A DNA stretch of 64,000 bases from the human T2T-CHM13v2.0 reference genome, Homo sapiens. How positions within the stretch are numbered: the stretch's first letter is position 1; the number at the start of each line of letters is the position of its first letter. The stretch lies in the NCBI RefSeq assembly GCF_009914755.1, contig NC_060929.1. The stretch is one strand, 5' to 3'. A model generated the notes under the pieces. The model worked only from the letters and a program-made list of their open reading frames with translations. It ran no database searches and was not told where the DNA came from. Below are positions 13,338 through 29,230 of the stretch, piece after piece. The translations under genes were made by a program, and so were the position numbers.

Positions 13338-13955
13338 TAGGGACTACTCCCTGACTCATTTTATGAAGGTAGCATCATCCTGATACCAAAACCTGGCAGA
13401 AACACAACAAAAAAAGGAAATTTCAGGCCAATATCCCTGACGAACATCGATGCGAAAATCCTCAATAAAATAGTGGCAAACTGAATCCAGCAGCACATCA
13501 AAAAACTTATCCACCATGATAAAGTCGGCTTCATCCCTTTGATGCAAGGCTGGTTCAACATATGCAAATCAATAAACACAATCCATCAAATAAGCAGAAC
13601 CAAAGACAAAAACCACATGATTATCTCAATAGATGCAGAAAAAGCCTTTGATAAAACTCAACATCTCTTCATGTTAAAAACTTAATAAACTAGATATTGA
13701 TGGAATGTATCTCAAAATAATAAGAGCTATTTATGACAAACCCACAGTCAATATCATATTGAATGGGCAGAAGCTGGAAGCATTCCCTTTGAAAACTGGT
13801 ATAAGATAAGAATGCCTTCTCTTATCACTCCTATTCAACATAGTATTGGAAATTCTGGCCAGGGCAATCAGGCAAGAGAAGAAATAAAGGGTATTCAAAT
13901 AGGAAGAGAGGATGTCAAATTTTATCTGTTTGCAGATATCATGATTCTCTACTTA

Positions 13956-14310
<355 letters not shown>

Positions 14311-15061
14311 AAACCCAACAAACCATTGTCTCAGCCCCAAAACTCAAGCTGATAAGCAACTTCAGCGAAGCCTCAGGATACAAAATCAATGTGCAAGAAT
14401 CACAAGCATTCCTATACACCAACAATAGACAAGCAGAGAGTCAAACAATGAATGAACTCTCATTCACAATTGCTACAAAGAGAATAAAATACGTAAGAAT
14501 ACAGCAAACGAGGTATGAAGAATCTTTTCAAGGAGAACTACAAACCACTGCCCAAGGAAATAAGAGAGGACACAAATGAATGGAAAAACATTCCATCCTC
14601 ATGGATAGAAAGAATCAACATTGTGAAAATGGCCATACTGCCCAAAGTAATTTATAGATTCAATGCTATTCCCATCAAACTACCATAAATTTCATATGGA
14701 ACCAAAGAAGAGCGTGTATAGCCAAGATAATCCTAAGCAAAAGGAACAAAGCTGGAGGCCTCATGCTACCTGTCTTCAAAGTATACAACAAGGCTACAGT
14801 AACCAAAACAACATGGTGCTGGTACCAGAGCAGACATATAGACCAATGGCACAGAACAGAGACCTCAGAAATAAAACCACACATCTACAACCATCTGATC
14901 TTTGACAAACCTGACAAAAACAAGCAATGGGGAAAGGATCTCCTATTCAGTAAATGGTGCTGGGAAAGCTGGCTAGCCATGTGCAGAAAACTAAAACTGG
15001 ACCCCTTCCTTACACCTTACACAAAAATTAACTCAATATGGATTAAAGACTTAAAACCCTA

Positions 15062-15380
<319 letters not shown>

Positions 15381-16837
15381 ATCCCTGAAGAAAACGTCGG
15401 CAATATCATCATTCAGGACACAGGCATGGGCAAAGACTTCATGACGAAAACGTCAAAAGAAATTGCAACAAAAGCCAAAATTGACAAATGGGATCTAATT
15501 AAGCTAAAGAGCTTCTGCATAGCAAAAGAAACTATCATCAGAGTGAATACGCAACCTACAGAATGTTTTACATTATTTTAATAGCTATGTAAAAAATACT
15601 GTTTCTGATATTCTAAAGAGTGTGCCATACACTTTGCCTTTGTTTATGAATCAATAAATCTGGGCATAAGGAGTTCTACAACAGTTTTTTTCTATGAAGA
15701 GGAAAAAAAAGTGAATTAAATTTATAAAGTTATTTTGAATAACTGCCTAATTGGTAATTTAAATAATTTTTTGAAACTGTCTTGTCTTTAACTTTTGATC
15801 ACTTATTGGTTTCTGCATTTCTACACTCCTATGAGTGTATATTCGTGGTGTGGTAAAGCATCTGTCTTTGACCTGGCATGATTTTCCCTCCACTGAAATT
15901 TATCTTGATTTTTTGTTCTTAATTCACTTAGCTGTCACTAGAAATTTCTTTTGAGAAGACCACAAAGGATAAAATCAGACTAATTTATTTAGTGGATCAC
16001 AATAATTCAATATGTGAATAACCTGTGAAGTAATTTGAATTACTACACAGAAACAGGAAGCATCCTGATATTTCTCTGCAGGACCACAGTGCCCCTTTCT
16101 GCTCAGTTATGCCAGCACCTAGCATCAAAATGTGTTGGTTGGAGTGTCTGTGAAGCGCATTCAAAAGGAGCCAAGAAATTAGGCATATGCTAAGTAAGTC
16201 ACCTGGCTATCCAAGTAGAGAATAATGTTCTCTTTGATCAATCACTCCTTAAAAGGAGAATTTCAGCGACTATTATCAATGCAAGGAACAGAGCTGAGAG
16301 CCACGTATTTTATTTTACAAACACTTCTGTCTAGAGCTGCCAACAGCATTTGCTGTAAGTAGGTACTTTTTCAACCTTAAAACACTTCCCATCCTTTATT
16401 AAATCTATGTGACAGGAGAGCACACATGGACTGTCCTCATTAAGTTGATGTGAACTCCTTTAGATTCGTATGAGGGGAATGGATGGGAAATCTAAATATA
16501 TTAAATTACAGACAAAAAAGTGGCTGACCTTCGCAAACAAAGATGATGATTCTTGACATCATCTTCAGAAACTTAAAATTACTTAGCAGATATTTAAAAT
16601 GAAGTAACCTCTAGTTAAGTTAACTTCCCGGTACTTAAAAACAAACTTTTTTTTTAATAGATATTTTCAAACATACACACTAGCAGAATGAGTCCCCATG
16701 CATCAGTCTTAAGGACTGGGTTTAAAGTCTAAAATTCAAAGGCTATACTGAAATCTCAACCCTCACAATTTGTTCATCTTATTCAGAGACACTTTCAGGT
16801 GAGAAAAGCAAGTGCGATGGAAGAAAAGAGCACTCAC

Positions 16838-16957
16838 CGACACACTGATTCCACTGGTAGTGCTGGATGTAGCCTTGGGGGCAGCCACATCTGTAGCCAC
16901 CCAGGATGTTCTGGCAGCCGTGTTGGCACCTGTGGTTCCCATCACATTCATCAACAT
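16838..16957 (-). CDS. FBN2: FBN2 exon 62 (cbEGF)
   Basis: cag|AT GTT GAT...G|gtgagt; [11 protein letters not shown]...QWNQCV; 120 nt. Confidence 0.96.
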
Positions 16958-17302
16958 CTGCAAAAACAAGCCCGGCAAAACCTTTATGTCACCTTTCTTC
17001 TACTATTTTTAAATGCACTCCAAACGAAACCTGGGGTAACTGTTATCATGGGAACAAACAAACAAACAAGACATGACACATAGAGAGGCTGTCATTTTTC
17101 CAGGTCACATGGTTATTAGTCAGTGGTGGTGCAGGGAACAGTTCTGAGATAAGAGACCAGCTCATTCTTCTGCTCTCCACCAGACCACGGCATGTCAGTG
17201 CTCTAAATAACATCTCAATTTCAGCAAGTCAACCATAGCAACCACAAATGTTGTACATTTTGAACTAATTAACTGCAAATGGTATGATTTATTTGGTAAA
17301 TC

Positions 17303-17326
<24 letters not shown>
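17303..17326. repeat. (TA)n microsatellite
   Basis: Run of about 12 TA units. Confidence 0.9.
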
Positions 17327-17334
<8 letters not shown>

Positions 17335-18680
17335 TTTGCATTGCATAGTCCAGTAAGTTTGAAAGTGACTGAGATACAATCCTCATTTTTGGGAGGATAG
17401 AAGCATTACAGAGATACCTAAAAAGTACAATTATATTGCACGTAAAAATTTTTATTACCATTCAAGATTAATTAGATGCAAATCCCTCTTAAGTATTTAA
17501 ATATGTTATTTTTAGACAAGATGTGGTATTATTATACATGTGGAATAATTTCTTTATTTATGTATGCTTTTTTGGAATGACAACCGAATATTTGAAATCT
17601 ATCCATAAAGAGTAAAATAAAATTGGCATGTCTGAGGGGTGTAACAAATTTACATGGATAATTAATAAATGGTATCTTATGGGGATGGTCACGAGCTGAA
17701 CTCGCATGTGGCAAACAGCTGTAGGTTAAGAATACTTTCAACGTCTCAACGATTTGAAAGATAAAATATTAAAATTGACATTTTAAAAACTGAATTTTTC
17801 TTTGCTGAAAATGAGATACATATAAAAGCCCCACAAGCCTTACAGAGAGCAAATTAAATACTTAACATATATTTCTAGAAATCCAAATCATATATTTCTA
17901 AGAATAGTTAATGTTAAAAGGGTGATTAAAATCAAGAAAACTATAAATTGCAATACGATATAAGAATGTAAGGGAAATAAATATAGTCTCATAATCTCTG
18001 GCATGGGTGTTTATAAGACACTAATCCTAATACATTTTTCTTGTCATACACTGCCACTTGCAATATAAATAGTGAAGAACTAGATGAAATTTTCTTAACT
18101 GCAAGCATGTTCTTATTTTGTTTCCACTTAAATGTTCCCTTGGATTTTACAGGAAATAGTTATTGCAGAGGAGACCAAGGTCCACTGTAAGAAAGTGAAG
18201 GAGTGAAGCGGGAGCTTGACTCGTAAAAAACAGAAACAGCCATCATTTCACCTTAGCGTGTTCAGTACATTTGTTCAATTCTCTCTGATGACAGATTCTT
18301 TTTATATTTAATTCTTATACATTTAAGAATCATGGAACAAAAGGCCAATTATTATTTTTTTCTGGTATGCTTGTACACTACCGCAAACCATATTAGGCAC
18401 AGAATTCTTTTTCAATTCAATTCTTTCTCAGATCCATGATTAGTCAACAGTTACTTTAAAAGTCAATTCGTAATCACAGAATTTTTGTTTCACTGCATTT
18501 AGGTTTCCCTCTGTCCCCAAAGTGATACATAGAAATTTATGACCAGGAATAAGTTGCTGGGTCCTATTTTGTTCAATACTTTTTTTTCTTTTTTTCAGAT
18601 TATACCAATTTGTCTTGGAAGTTAAAAATATATATGGTTTACTGTTATTAGATTAAGAATTTTTGAGCAAATCAACTAAC

Positions 18681-18809
18681 CTTCACAGTTCAGTCCGGTG
18701 GCATCAAGAGAGAACCCTCTTTGGCATTCACAGCTGAAACTGCCTGGAGTGTTTTGACAGATTCCCTTTGCTCCACAAAGCGAAGGTTGAGACCCACATT
18801 CGTTGTTGT
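18681..18809 (-). CDS. FBN2: FBN2 exon 61 (cbEGF)
   Basis: cag|AC AAC AAC...G|gttagt; DNNECGSQPSLC...TGLNCE; 129 nt; absent from ORF track. Confidence 0.95.
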
Positions 18810-19407
18810 CTGGCAAAGCATCAAGAAGCAGAGCGTCAAACTTTCCAATCATAACATGTCTTACGTTTCATGGGAAGTAAAAAGCAATGTATGAAAACCT
18901 AAGTTTCATGATGTGAAAATGGCATTTTGGGAAAATTTATACCAAAATTCACTGTCATATTAAAGACAAAAGTGGTAAGAAAAAGTGTATTTTAAGAGGT
19001 TTGAGATTTGAGCATATTTTGGAGTGATTGAAGGCACACTGACTAAAGTTCCTTAACATGTGTCTTCTAAAATAAAAGCTCAATATGTTTGTTAACATGT
19101 TCTAAATTACAGTGAGCCTTTAATCATATTTTGTCTGAACACCATGGTTGCATTAAGAATGTGATATAAAGGCACTGCTTGAAATATGGCTACTGTGCAG
19201 GTGCTTGGACTAAAAAGGCCTTTTTTTTCCCTTTGGATATTGTTCTTGAAAATATCTATCTTATTAGCAACTTCTTTAGACCACAAATTATGGGGTATTG
19301 GTTACTGAACATAAATACCAGGACATTCTTCTGTTTATAATTTTAAATATAATTTTTATGCATCTACTAGAAGTTTGTAAAATTTCCCATTTGTAACTTT
19401 GTCTTAC

Positions 19408-19524
19408 CGATACAAGCAGTGTGATGCTGTGTGAAACCAGGTGGACATTTACAGGTAAACCCCCCCAGGGTGTTGACACAGAGGAACTGGCAGTTATGCT
19501 GCTTTGTTTGACATTCATCAAGGT
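19408..19524 (-). CDS. FBN2: FBN2 exon 60 (cbEGF)
   Basis: [12 protein letters not shown]...HHTACI; cag acceptor, gtaaga donor; 117 nt. Confidence 0.96.
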
Positions 19525-20878
19525 CTGAAATTAGAGAGAAGCCAGTGAAAATCACAGTAGACTATCTGGCTATGTTTCCTTTCTTGTGAAGCCACAGGAG
19601 ATGCACATGCTCCATTAGAAGCATTTTGTCTAGATTTTTGCTGGAAGCTTCGTAGATTTCCATAGGCATATGGCAAACAGTTTCTTTTTACATATTTAAG
19701 CAGAATAAATATTACGGGCTAGGATGATAGGACAATTAAGGCAATATATAACATAAGAAACTGAATGGCAGAATCATAGCAGTTTCCATGAACTGTTCTC
19801 AAAGCTACTATCCAAAGGTTACAATTCTTGCATTGAATGCAGTATAGTACATGGCTGATTACTGATTCCTATTAAAGGAAGGATTAAATAAAAATGAAAC
19901 AGAATCTAGAAACTGATGAAGGTCCGAACAGAAACACTAAGAGTCTCCACATTCAGATGAAAACACGGGCATTAATATTAGAGGAAGCAAAATACAACAC
20001 CTGTAATTCTAGTCACAAATGGTATTGATATTTGGACCCTACTAATTAAAAACTCAAAATTTGATTTTGGCTATACTAAAACTTAATTTGGAAACTATAT
20101 TTAAAATAAATATACCACATAAGATGTAGGCAAGACTAATTTATTATTTTACAGCTTAAAAAACGCTTTAGTCATACTCATTTTTTTTTGATATGGAGTC
20201 TTTAGTCATACTCATAAACAATGTACAACTGAACATAAACAATGTTCAGTTCACTAAACAGGTCCAAGCGGTGCTTGCTATTATTTTTTTTTTTTTTGAT
20301 ATGCCTTGGAAATAAAACCTCATTTTACTGAGAATAATCTACATTTTAAAAATTTGCTCAGTCCATTAATTTCATTCTGATGAGGCTTACTATAAAATCA
20401 AATATATGAGTATAGTATTGAAACTATTTTAATGATCTAATTTAGCTTGATAAATAATTACTTTTGATACTACCTAAGCAAAAAATTTAAATTTACCTAT
20501 CCATTTTCACTTTTCCACAGTAAACCTGTAATAAAGGTAGCTTAGAGAAATAAAAGCTTAGATAAGCAACAACAACAAATATCTTATTTCAGTGATTTGT
20601 TTCGATCTCTTCCCATACCAAAACTTTTGTTTTATTTTATTTTTTAAAATTTATGCAGTTTTCTATAAGAAGCAAACTGTTTTAACTTGGGTTTTAATCC
20701 TCTCTGCTTCCTGCAATGAGCATATTGGTAGAGTTTTTCTATGAGCAATAACATGGCCACTAGGATGGGACCTTTTAATGAAGGTGATGCACATGGCATA
20801 ATTCCTGATAATCTAATATTTAAATTTGAAAGAAAAGATACAGACTAGGGTCACGATTGTCAGAGACTCTTCACTCAC

Positions 20879-21001
20879 CTTTGCATGTCTTTCCATCCTC
20901 TTGCAGGACATACCCCCTCGGACATGAACACTGATAACTCCCCTCAGTGTTCTTGCAGATGTAGTTGCATGGTTTCGGGGACTGGGAGCATTCATCAAGG
21001 T
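20879..21001 (-). CDS. FBN2: FBN2 exon 59 (cbEGF)
   Basis: [12 protein letters not shown]...DGKTCK; tag acceptor, gtgagt donor; 123 nt. Confidence 0.96.
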
Positions 21002-21271
21002 CTAAGTAAAAGTGATGTGAAGATTAAATTACTGGTTAAAAGAAACAACCAGACTCTTTCCTCCTTCCATATTCTCACTTCATTCTTTTTGTTTTTCCTG
21101 TTCAACTTAAAGTGGAATATAGCCAGAGAGAAATGATGCACAGAAGGATTTTTTCTAAAGTAACATGCGGGTTTACTTTGTAAATCAATCTATGGATCTT
21201 GGGTAAATATTATGATGTCTAGACAACTGTCTGGGTCCAAAATTACTACATTCTTTAGATTAATATACTTT

Positions 21272-21379
21272 GGTTTACAACCTGAGAATCATAAACTTAA
21301 TAAGAGTTTCTCTGTTTTTGACCCATGGATGTGGCACAAGTTCTTTTAAACTCTCTTTACTGAGGCTCCTTTAAGCATC
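21272..21379 (+). repeat. Copy A of ~105-bp dispersed direct repeat
   Basis: Near-identical to 22428-22532 (2 substitutions, one 3-nt indel). Confidence 0.95.
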
Positions 21380-21380
21380 T

Positions 21381-21824
21381 TGTGGGATCACAGATGGTGC
21401 TGGAAACCTTCCACTTTCCCCTTCAGATTCAGTCCTCACCCTGGTCCACTCTGCTCTCAGGCCCAAGAGATGGAGCTCTACAGACTCCATCCGGAGGCTC
21501 TCCCTTGCCCTCTGTCTTCTGTCTGGCCCTTATTTCCTCAACTCCCTCCCTGCAAGATAGGCTCAGGCTGGCTGAGTCACTGGAGCAGCTGTCAGAGGTC
21601 CTCTCAAGGCAGTCCTCTGAGCACAACTTTCTTTTTCTAGGTTCCAATAACTTCTGACTCTTTTCTTTTGGCCCAGGGGTAGTACAGCCCCAGCACACAG
21701 CACTACGCCTCCTGGCTTTTGTGCACACTGCTCACACGTGTATAGACAGTCTTTTTGTTAGACCCTCCTTGAATTGTCCTCCTTGAAATATGCCATCTCT
21801 TTCCTACTCGGACTCTGAGATAGC
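21381..21824 (+). mobile_element. ERVL-type LTR (LTR33-like)
   Basis: Starts TGTGG; ends gccatctctttcctactcggactctgagatagCA, resembling the LTR33 3' end. Confidence 0.55.
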
Positions 21825-22427
21825 AGACAATCTCCATTTCCTCCATATAACATACGGCGTTGATGCCCACAGAATGCTGAATGCTTATGATTAATGGCCT
21901 ATTCTCTATTACTCATGCTCTTCTGTTTCAAAGAAGTCAGTTGGGTTTTCTTAACCTTTTAATGCCAAGTGTGCTTGTTATTGACATAGGTAATTTGATA
22001 GAATATCAAGTAAGCTAATGAAATATAAAGGAGAAAAAAAATTTTTTCTTTAATAAAAATGAAGTTGAATACTTTGGAAAGACCCGACAAAAGTCTAAGT
22101 CCTTTCTGCCCCACGACTGTCATATATAGGTGTGAGTGAGACAATAAAAAACCGAATAAGAAAAATAAATTGTAAAATGATAGAAGGATTCTGTACTGAG
22201 ACTGCTCCGCAGCTGGAAATTTTATTTAGGTAATGCTTACTTGGTATACTTTATGCAAAATAATAGCAGAGAAACATGGAAAACATTCTCTTAATATACA
22301 CAAACACACATATTCATAAGAAAAAGCCCTTTTCCTTCAGTCAAAGAGTGACAAACAAATGTGCACTTTAAATTTTAAATTAAAATATAAAATGTTGAAA
22401 GTATGTATTTGTGATTTTTGTTTCTCA

Positions 22428-22532
22428 GGTTTACAACCTGAGAATCAGAAACTTAAGAGTTTCTCTGTTTTTGACACATGGATGTGGCACAAGTTCTTTT
22501 AAACTCTCTTTACTGAGGCTCCTTTAAGCATC
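22428..22532 (+). repeat. Copy B of ~105-bp dispersed direct repeat
   Basis: Near-identical to 21272-21379. Confidence 0.95.
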
Positions 22533-22720
22533 CCACATTACTGGACAAAGGCCAAGTGCTGTGTGATTAAGAAGCACATTATTGAGAGGATGGCAACATT
22601 TTAATAAAATATATATTCCAAAGCTCCATAATAAAGACACTCTACTGATAATGAGTGACTTGCAGGAAACAGTAGCTGATTAGCCCCCAAACCCCTGGAT
22701 ATAGAGGTGCCCATCGTTAC

Positions 22721-22846
22721 CTATACAAGAGGTTCCACTGATGTCTGTGGTGTAGCCAACCTTGCAGAAGCATCGGAATGAGCCCATGGTATTGATGCAC
22801 TGACCATTGGTGCAGAGGTTTGGCATTACCTTACATTCATCAATAT
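22721..22846 (-). CDS. FBN2: FBN2 exon 58 (cbEGF)
   Basis: [12 protein letters not shown]...SGTSCI; cag acceptor, gtaacg donor; 126 nt. Confidence 0.96.
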
Positions 22847-23159
22847 CTGTGGACCAAAACAACAAAAACAATCAGGAGTTAACATATATGCAAGGGTAAA
22901 ACTGGTTAGAATCAAAGAGAAATGAAGAAATGGAGATGACATAACTAACTGCAAACATTCCTAATAGCACTGGAGCACCTGTTCATCATTCAGGTGAACA
23001 GCAACATGGATGTGATGGAAAAATAATCTCAAGTGATGGGAGGGGATAAAGGGAGACTCTGGTGAAAGCCCTGTTTAAGACTACCCATTTTGCAATCTAA
23101 GCATGAATGATTTTGGGGGGAATCTAGAAAGCTACCCCCTCAAAGTCCATCCCTTAAAA

Positions 23160-23300
23160 AGTGTGTGATCTTGGGAAAATTACTTATTGTTACCTTAGCT
23201 TTGTGCTTCATTTTCCTCATCTGTTAAAATGGGAATAATACATTCTACCCCTTAGGTCTGATACGAAGATTAACTCCTAAAATCTCTAAAGCATTAGCAA
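23160..23300 (+). mobile_element. MIR SINE
   Basis: tgtgtgatcttggg...ttttcctcatctgttaaaatgggaataata core. Confidence 0.7.
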
Positions 23301-23475
23301 AGATTATTCTTTCTATATACATATATATGAAAACACACATCAAATATAAATATCAAGGTATAAACATTTTAGCTACTCTTTTGATTGTATCAATTTTTCA
23401 CTTTTCCTTCACATTTATCTGAATTCATAAAATTTAATGTGTTGATTATATGAATAAATTTCCTCAACTCCTTAC

Positions 23476-23682
23476 CTCTTCCATCAGTTGTATATCCTGG
23501 GCCATGAGGACATATCTTTTTGTACTGGGCAGTTCCAGGAAGTGGGCAAAGCTCGCACTGGTGGCCCCAGCCTCGCCCACCATCACAGCAGCATTCTGAC
23601 TTAGTGACGAGATTGCGACTACTGGATGCCATTTGACATATTGTCTGCAGTACCTCTGCAAAGCAGAGACCCTGTCGATTGT
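23476..23682 (-). CDS. FBN2: FBN2 exon 57 (TB7, 8-Cys domain)
   Basis: DNRQGLCF...[12 protein letters not shown]...GYTTDGR; cag acceptor, gtaagg donor; 207 nt. Confidence 0.96.
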
Positions 23683-25032
23683 CTGAAATGGCAAAGTAGA
23701 AAGAGTTAAGGATGCGGAACTGACATTTCATTATCCTGGCTTTCAAATTAAGCAGGGCAGTCAAGAATTTCCTCCTTAGGAATAATTAAGACAGCTTAAT
23801 GTCTTAATTATTTAAGTTTTGCTGGCAGTTAAGTTCATAGCATATTCTTTCACTACAGACTACAGTCTATTAAATTTGACAAAAAGTGATACTATACTTT
23901 AGAAATAGATAGATTTTTTCCTCCAATCCATTGCCAACTAAATGATAGTGACCTACCATTTCTGTAGAATACAAGTGAAAGGAAAATCAAATTAAATTAT
24001 TTTCCTTTAAACAAATGAGTGCCAGGATTAGTTTCTGGAAAGCAAACTCTAGACTATATTTTATGAGCTTGGTACTTATTCAATCTGATATCTCATATTT
24101 TCTACATCTGAAAGACTGTTCAAACACTTGGACTGAGTAGATTTTATAAAAATATAAATAAAATTATTTTTTTCAGATTTAAAAGCCAATTAAATCTTTA
24201 ATACAGTTTTATAAACAATCCTAGCCAAACTGTTAATAAAATGAACAGAAAATTACACTTTATATGTAGGTTACTTTTCCTATTTCCTAAAAGACTGATG
24301 TTAGTTAGTAAAGGTATAGATTAGAGATAACAATAAACAAAAAATGTTTTTTTGATCAAAAATTTCTTGGAATTTGAAGCATATGACGTCATTCAGAAAA
24401 AAATGTGATATAGTTGAAATACTCTTTTTATGTTAAATCAAGTGATGAGTCAAACAGCTTAGCGCTCTTATTTCTTTGTTTACCTTGAATTTTACTACAG
24501 CACACTTTTTGCAGCTGCCATAATTAACTACAATGATTTATAATGTATGCATTTTAACATTAAAATAAAATATAATGTCTGAGATGTATATTTCCCATAA
24601 AAAGGTTTTATAAAACATTTTTTTCTGTACCACAATATAAAAAGTAACCTTCCCTGCATTTTTGAAATATGGCATTTATTTTGCATTAATTGTGGCAGAG
24701 CTTACCTCATATTGCAAATATTTTCTTTTGGAATTAAATCATCCTCTGATGTAAGTTTTACTAAAGCCAAATTTTCCAAAGAACTTAATTAATCTTAATT
24801 TTGGAAAGACTATTTAAGATTGTTATTTACATTACACATAGATGTGCATATAACACACACATGTACAAATATATCATTTTAATAGATGTGCATCTTTAAG
24901 AAGAAGCATGTGGATTATTGAGATTGGGGGATTTGTTTAGCAGACAAGAATATATATGTGGAGCTCTTCTGTGATGACATCATGAACAGATGTTTTATCT
25001 ACCAAGTATAATATATTTGGATGTCAACTTAC

Positions 25033-25158
25033 CAAGGCATTCAGTGCCTGAAGAACTTGACTGGAATCCTTCATTACACTCACATCTATAGCTTCCAATA
25101 ATGTTAACACAACGTCCATTTTCACAGATTCCTGGCTTGGTCCTGCATTCATTTTCAT
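25033..25158 (-). CDS. FBN2: FBN2 exon 56 (cbEGF)
   Basis: [12 protein letters not shown]...SGTECL; aag acceptor, gtaagt donor; 126 nt. Confidence 0.95.
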
Positions 25159-25769
25159 CTTTAGAAAAACAAACAATATGAATAATGAGAAAACTGTCAA
25201 ATTATAGTTTACAAGCTATCTTCTAATGGGTTATATCTTATTTAACACTTCTTTGCCAAAATACTAATATGATGAGATTAAAAATGGTCATGTGTGAATA
25301 TTAATTTATTTTTAGCTTTACTTCATCCTTCTTGGTGGGTTCTTTCTTAAGATAATGTTGTCTTCTTCTTTCTTTTCTTTATCCTCTGCAGAGAAGGGAT
25401 AGTGTTAATATATAGAATTGAAAATTGGCCTCCAAAAGGAATAGAATTGCCCTGAGACACCAGGCAAGGATGGGAACTCTGGGGAAAAGAATGTCAGTTT
25501 CTGTGATATTAGAGAAAGGTGTGGGGAGAGGGATGGTGGGTGTTGGGTATGGGTGATGAGTACAGTAAAAGCCTCACAGGCCAGGAATAAAGGACAAGCT
25601 GCTAAATTGGTTTTGAGTAAAATCACAGGAACAACTATGGTCTGTGAGGGTAGTTAATGGGAGAGGCAGTTTAAGTAATACTGCTCTTTTGGTTGGTGAT
25701 AAATAAACCTACTTCAACAAAATTGTTTTCACTAAAATTCTCTATATCCTTACTTTTTGTGCTTTTTTG

Positions 25770-27600
<1,831 letters not shown>

Positions 27601-28099
27601 AATTTGTGGGCTGCAGCAGGATTGTCAATTATCGACCTTTCCATTGTCCATCACTCTTGTCCGATGCTCCCCTACTTCTACCTACTCTATGTCCAATCCA
27701 GTGCAGCATGACAGCCTAGAGGAAAACAGGCTTCATTTCAATGAGACTCAAGACTCAAGACTCAAATCTCAAATGGGTACATGATCCTCCGTCAACAATC
27801 CTACTATACTTCTTAGTATCTTCACACTCTCACTTTCTAAAATGACATTACACACTCAGACACATCAGACATCTCTCCCCTATGAACCACTGGGCTATGC
27901 CCTCACTTTCAACCTTTTGTCTTCTTCCAACAGCTAAACTATCTTTGTTTTTTCTCCAAGGCCAGCTCTTGCACCGGTACTCTAGATTGCCTTCCCAGAT
28001 TTCACAATACTCCCTTTTCAAGGAATCATTCCCTCGGCATAAATTCTCTAGTAACTTTCATCTTAAAACAATACAAAAAACTCTCTTATTCACCTATTA

Positions 28100-28970
28100 C
28101 CCCTGTGGCTACTGCCACATGTATTGATTCACTTTCAGAACAAAATTTCTGGAAGAATGATCCATGGCGATAAATTCCACTTCCTCATCACTGATTGTTT
28201 CCTTAATGTGTGTGCTCCACTGAAACCTCCTGAAGAAGTCACCAAATCTAATTACAACTCTATGTTACTCTACATCTTAGTAGCATCATACAAAAGCGGC
28301 CACTTTAGTTCTCAGGACATCACACGGACATGGAGAACTTCCTATCTTGCTGGCTACTCTTTCTTAGTCTCCTAATATTTTTAGTCTCTCTAAATATTGG
28401 AACAACCAGAGTCCAGTGTCCTGGGAAGGAGCCCTGCTCCTCCTACTCTCCAGGATCTCTCTCTTGGTGTTCTCAGTCAATCCCATAATTTTTCAAACAC
28501 TATCGATTTGCTAGCAATTTACATCTATGGCTCATAAATATGTCTGCTGACTTGATATTCCCACTTGGAAAGCTAGAACATATCTGACACTGAGCATGAC
28601 CAAAACAGAACTTTTATTCTTCTGTGTCCCCAACGAAACCTGTTTCTTCCAATCTTTTCCATATCAGTTAACAGTAGCATCAAGTAAATTATTATACTAA
28701 GCTAATTTACTTTAGTCACTCAAGCAAAAATCCTGGGACTTATCTTTTATACATATTCAATCAATCCATCAGAAATCCAATCTGTTGATTATTTCCAATA
28801 CATTTTCTGAATCTGTCCACTCCTTTTCCACACTATGGTGGCCCTAATCTGAGCCTCCTTTTTCTCTCGTCTGGATGTTTAAGACAGTCACCTAAATGAA
28901 ACCCTTGTTTCTGCTACCACCTCCTTCAAATCCATTACCTATAAGGCAGCCAGATATCTTTAAAAATGTG
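28100..28970 (+). mobile_element. L2 LINE fragment
   Basis: gcatgaccaaaacagaact...aatccatcagaaatcc...gcagccagatatctttaaaaatgt L2 motifs. Confidence 0.6.
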
Positions 28971-28979
28971 TAAAATAGG

Positions 28980-29230
28980 AAATAACAACTAATACTTAAT
29001 TGAAATTTTACTCTATGCCAAGCATTGTACTAAGGGTTTCATGTGAATTTTTTAATTTAACCCTCCCAATAATCCTATGAAAGTGTGCTCAAAATTCCTA
29101 TTTGTTTTTACATGAGGAATCTGAGGCACATATTTAAGCCAACTTGCCCAGGGTCACAGAGCTAGCACACATGAACCTAGATTGCTAACATTCATAGTCC
29201 ATCCCCAGGGCCCATACTCTGAGTCACTCT
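28980..29230 (-). mobile_element. MIR SINE
   Basis: ttttacatgaggaatctgaggcaca...acttgcccagggtcacagagctag. Confidence 0.75.

Noticed and set aside
27744-27765. (agactca)3 short tandem
   Set aside because: Trivial slippage repeat
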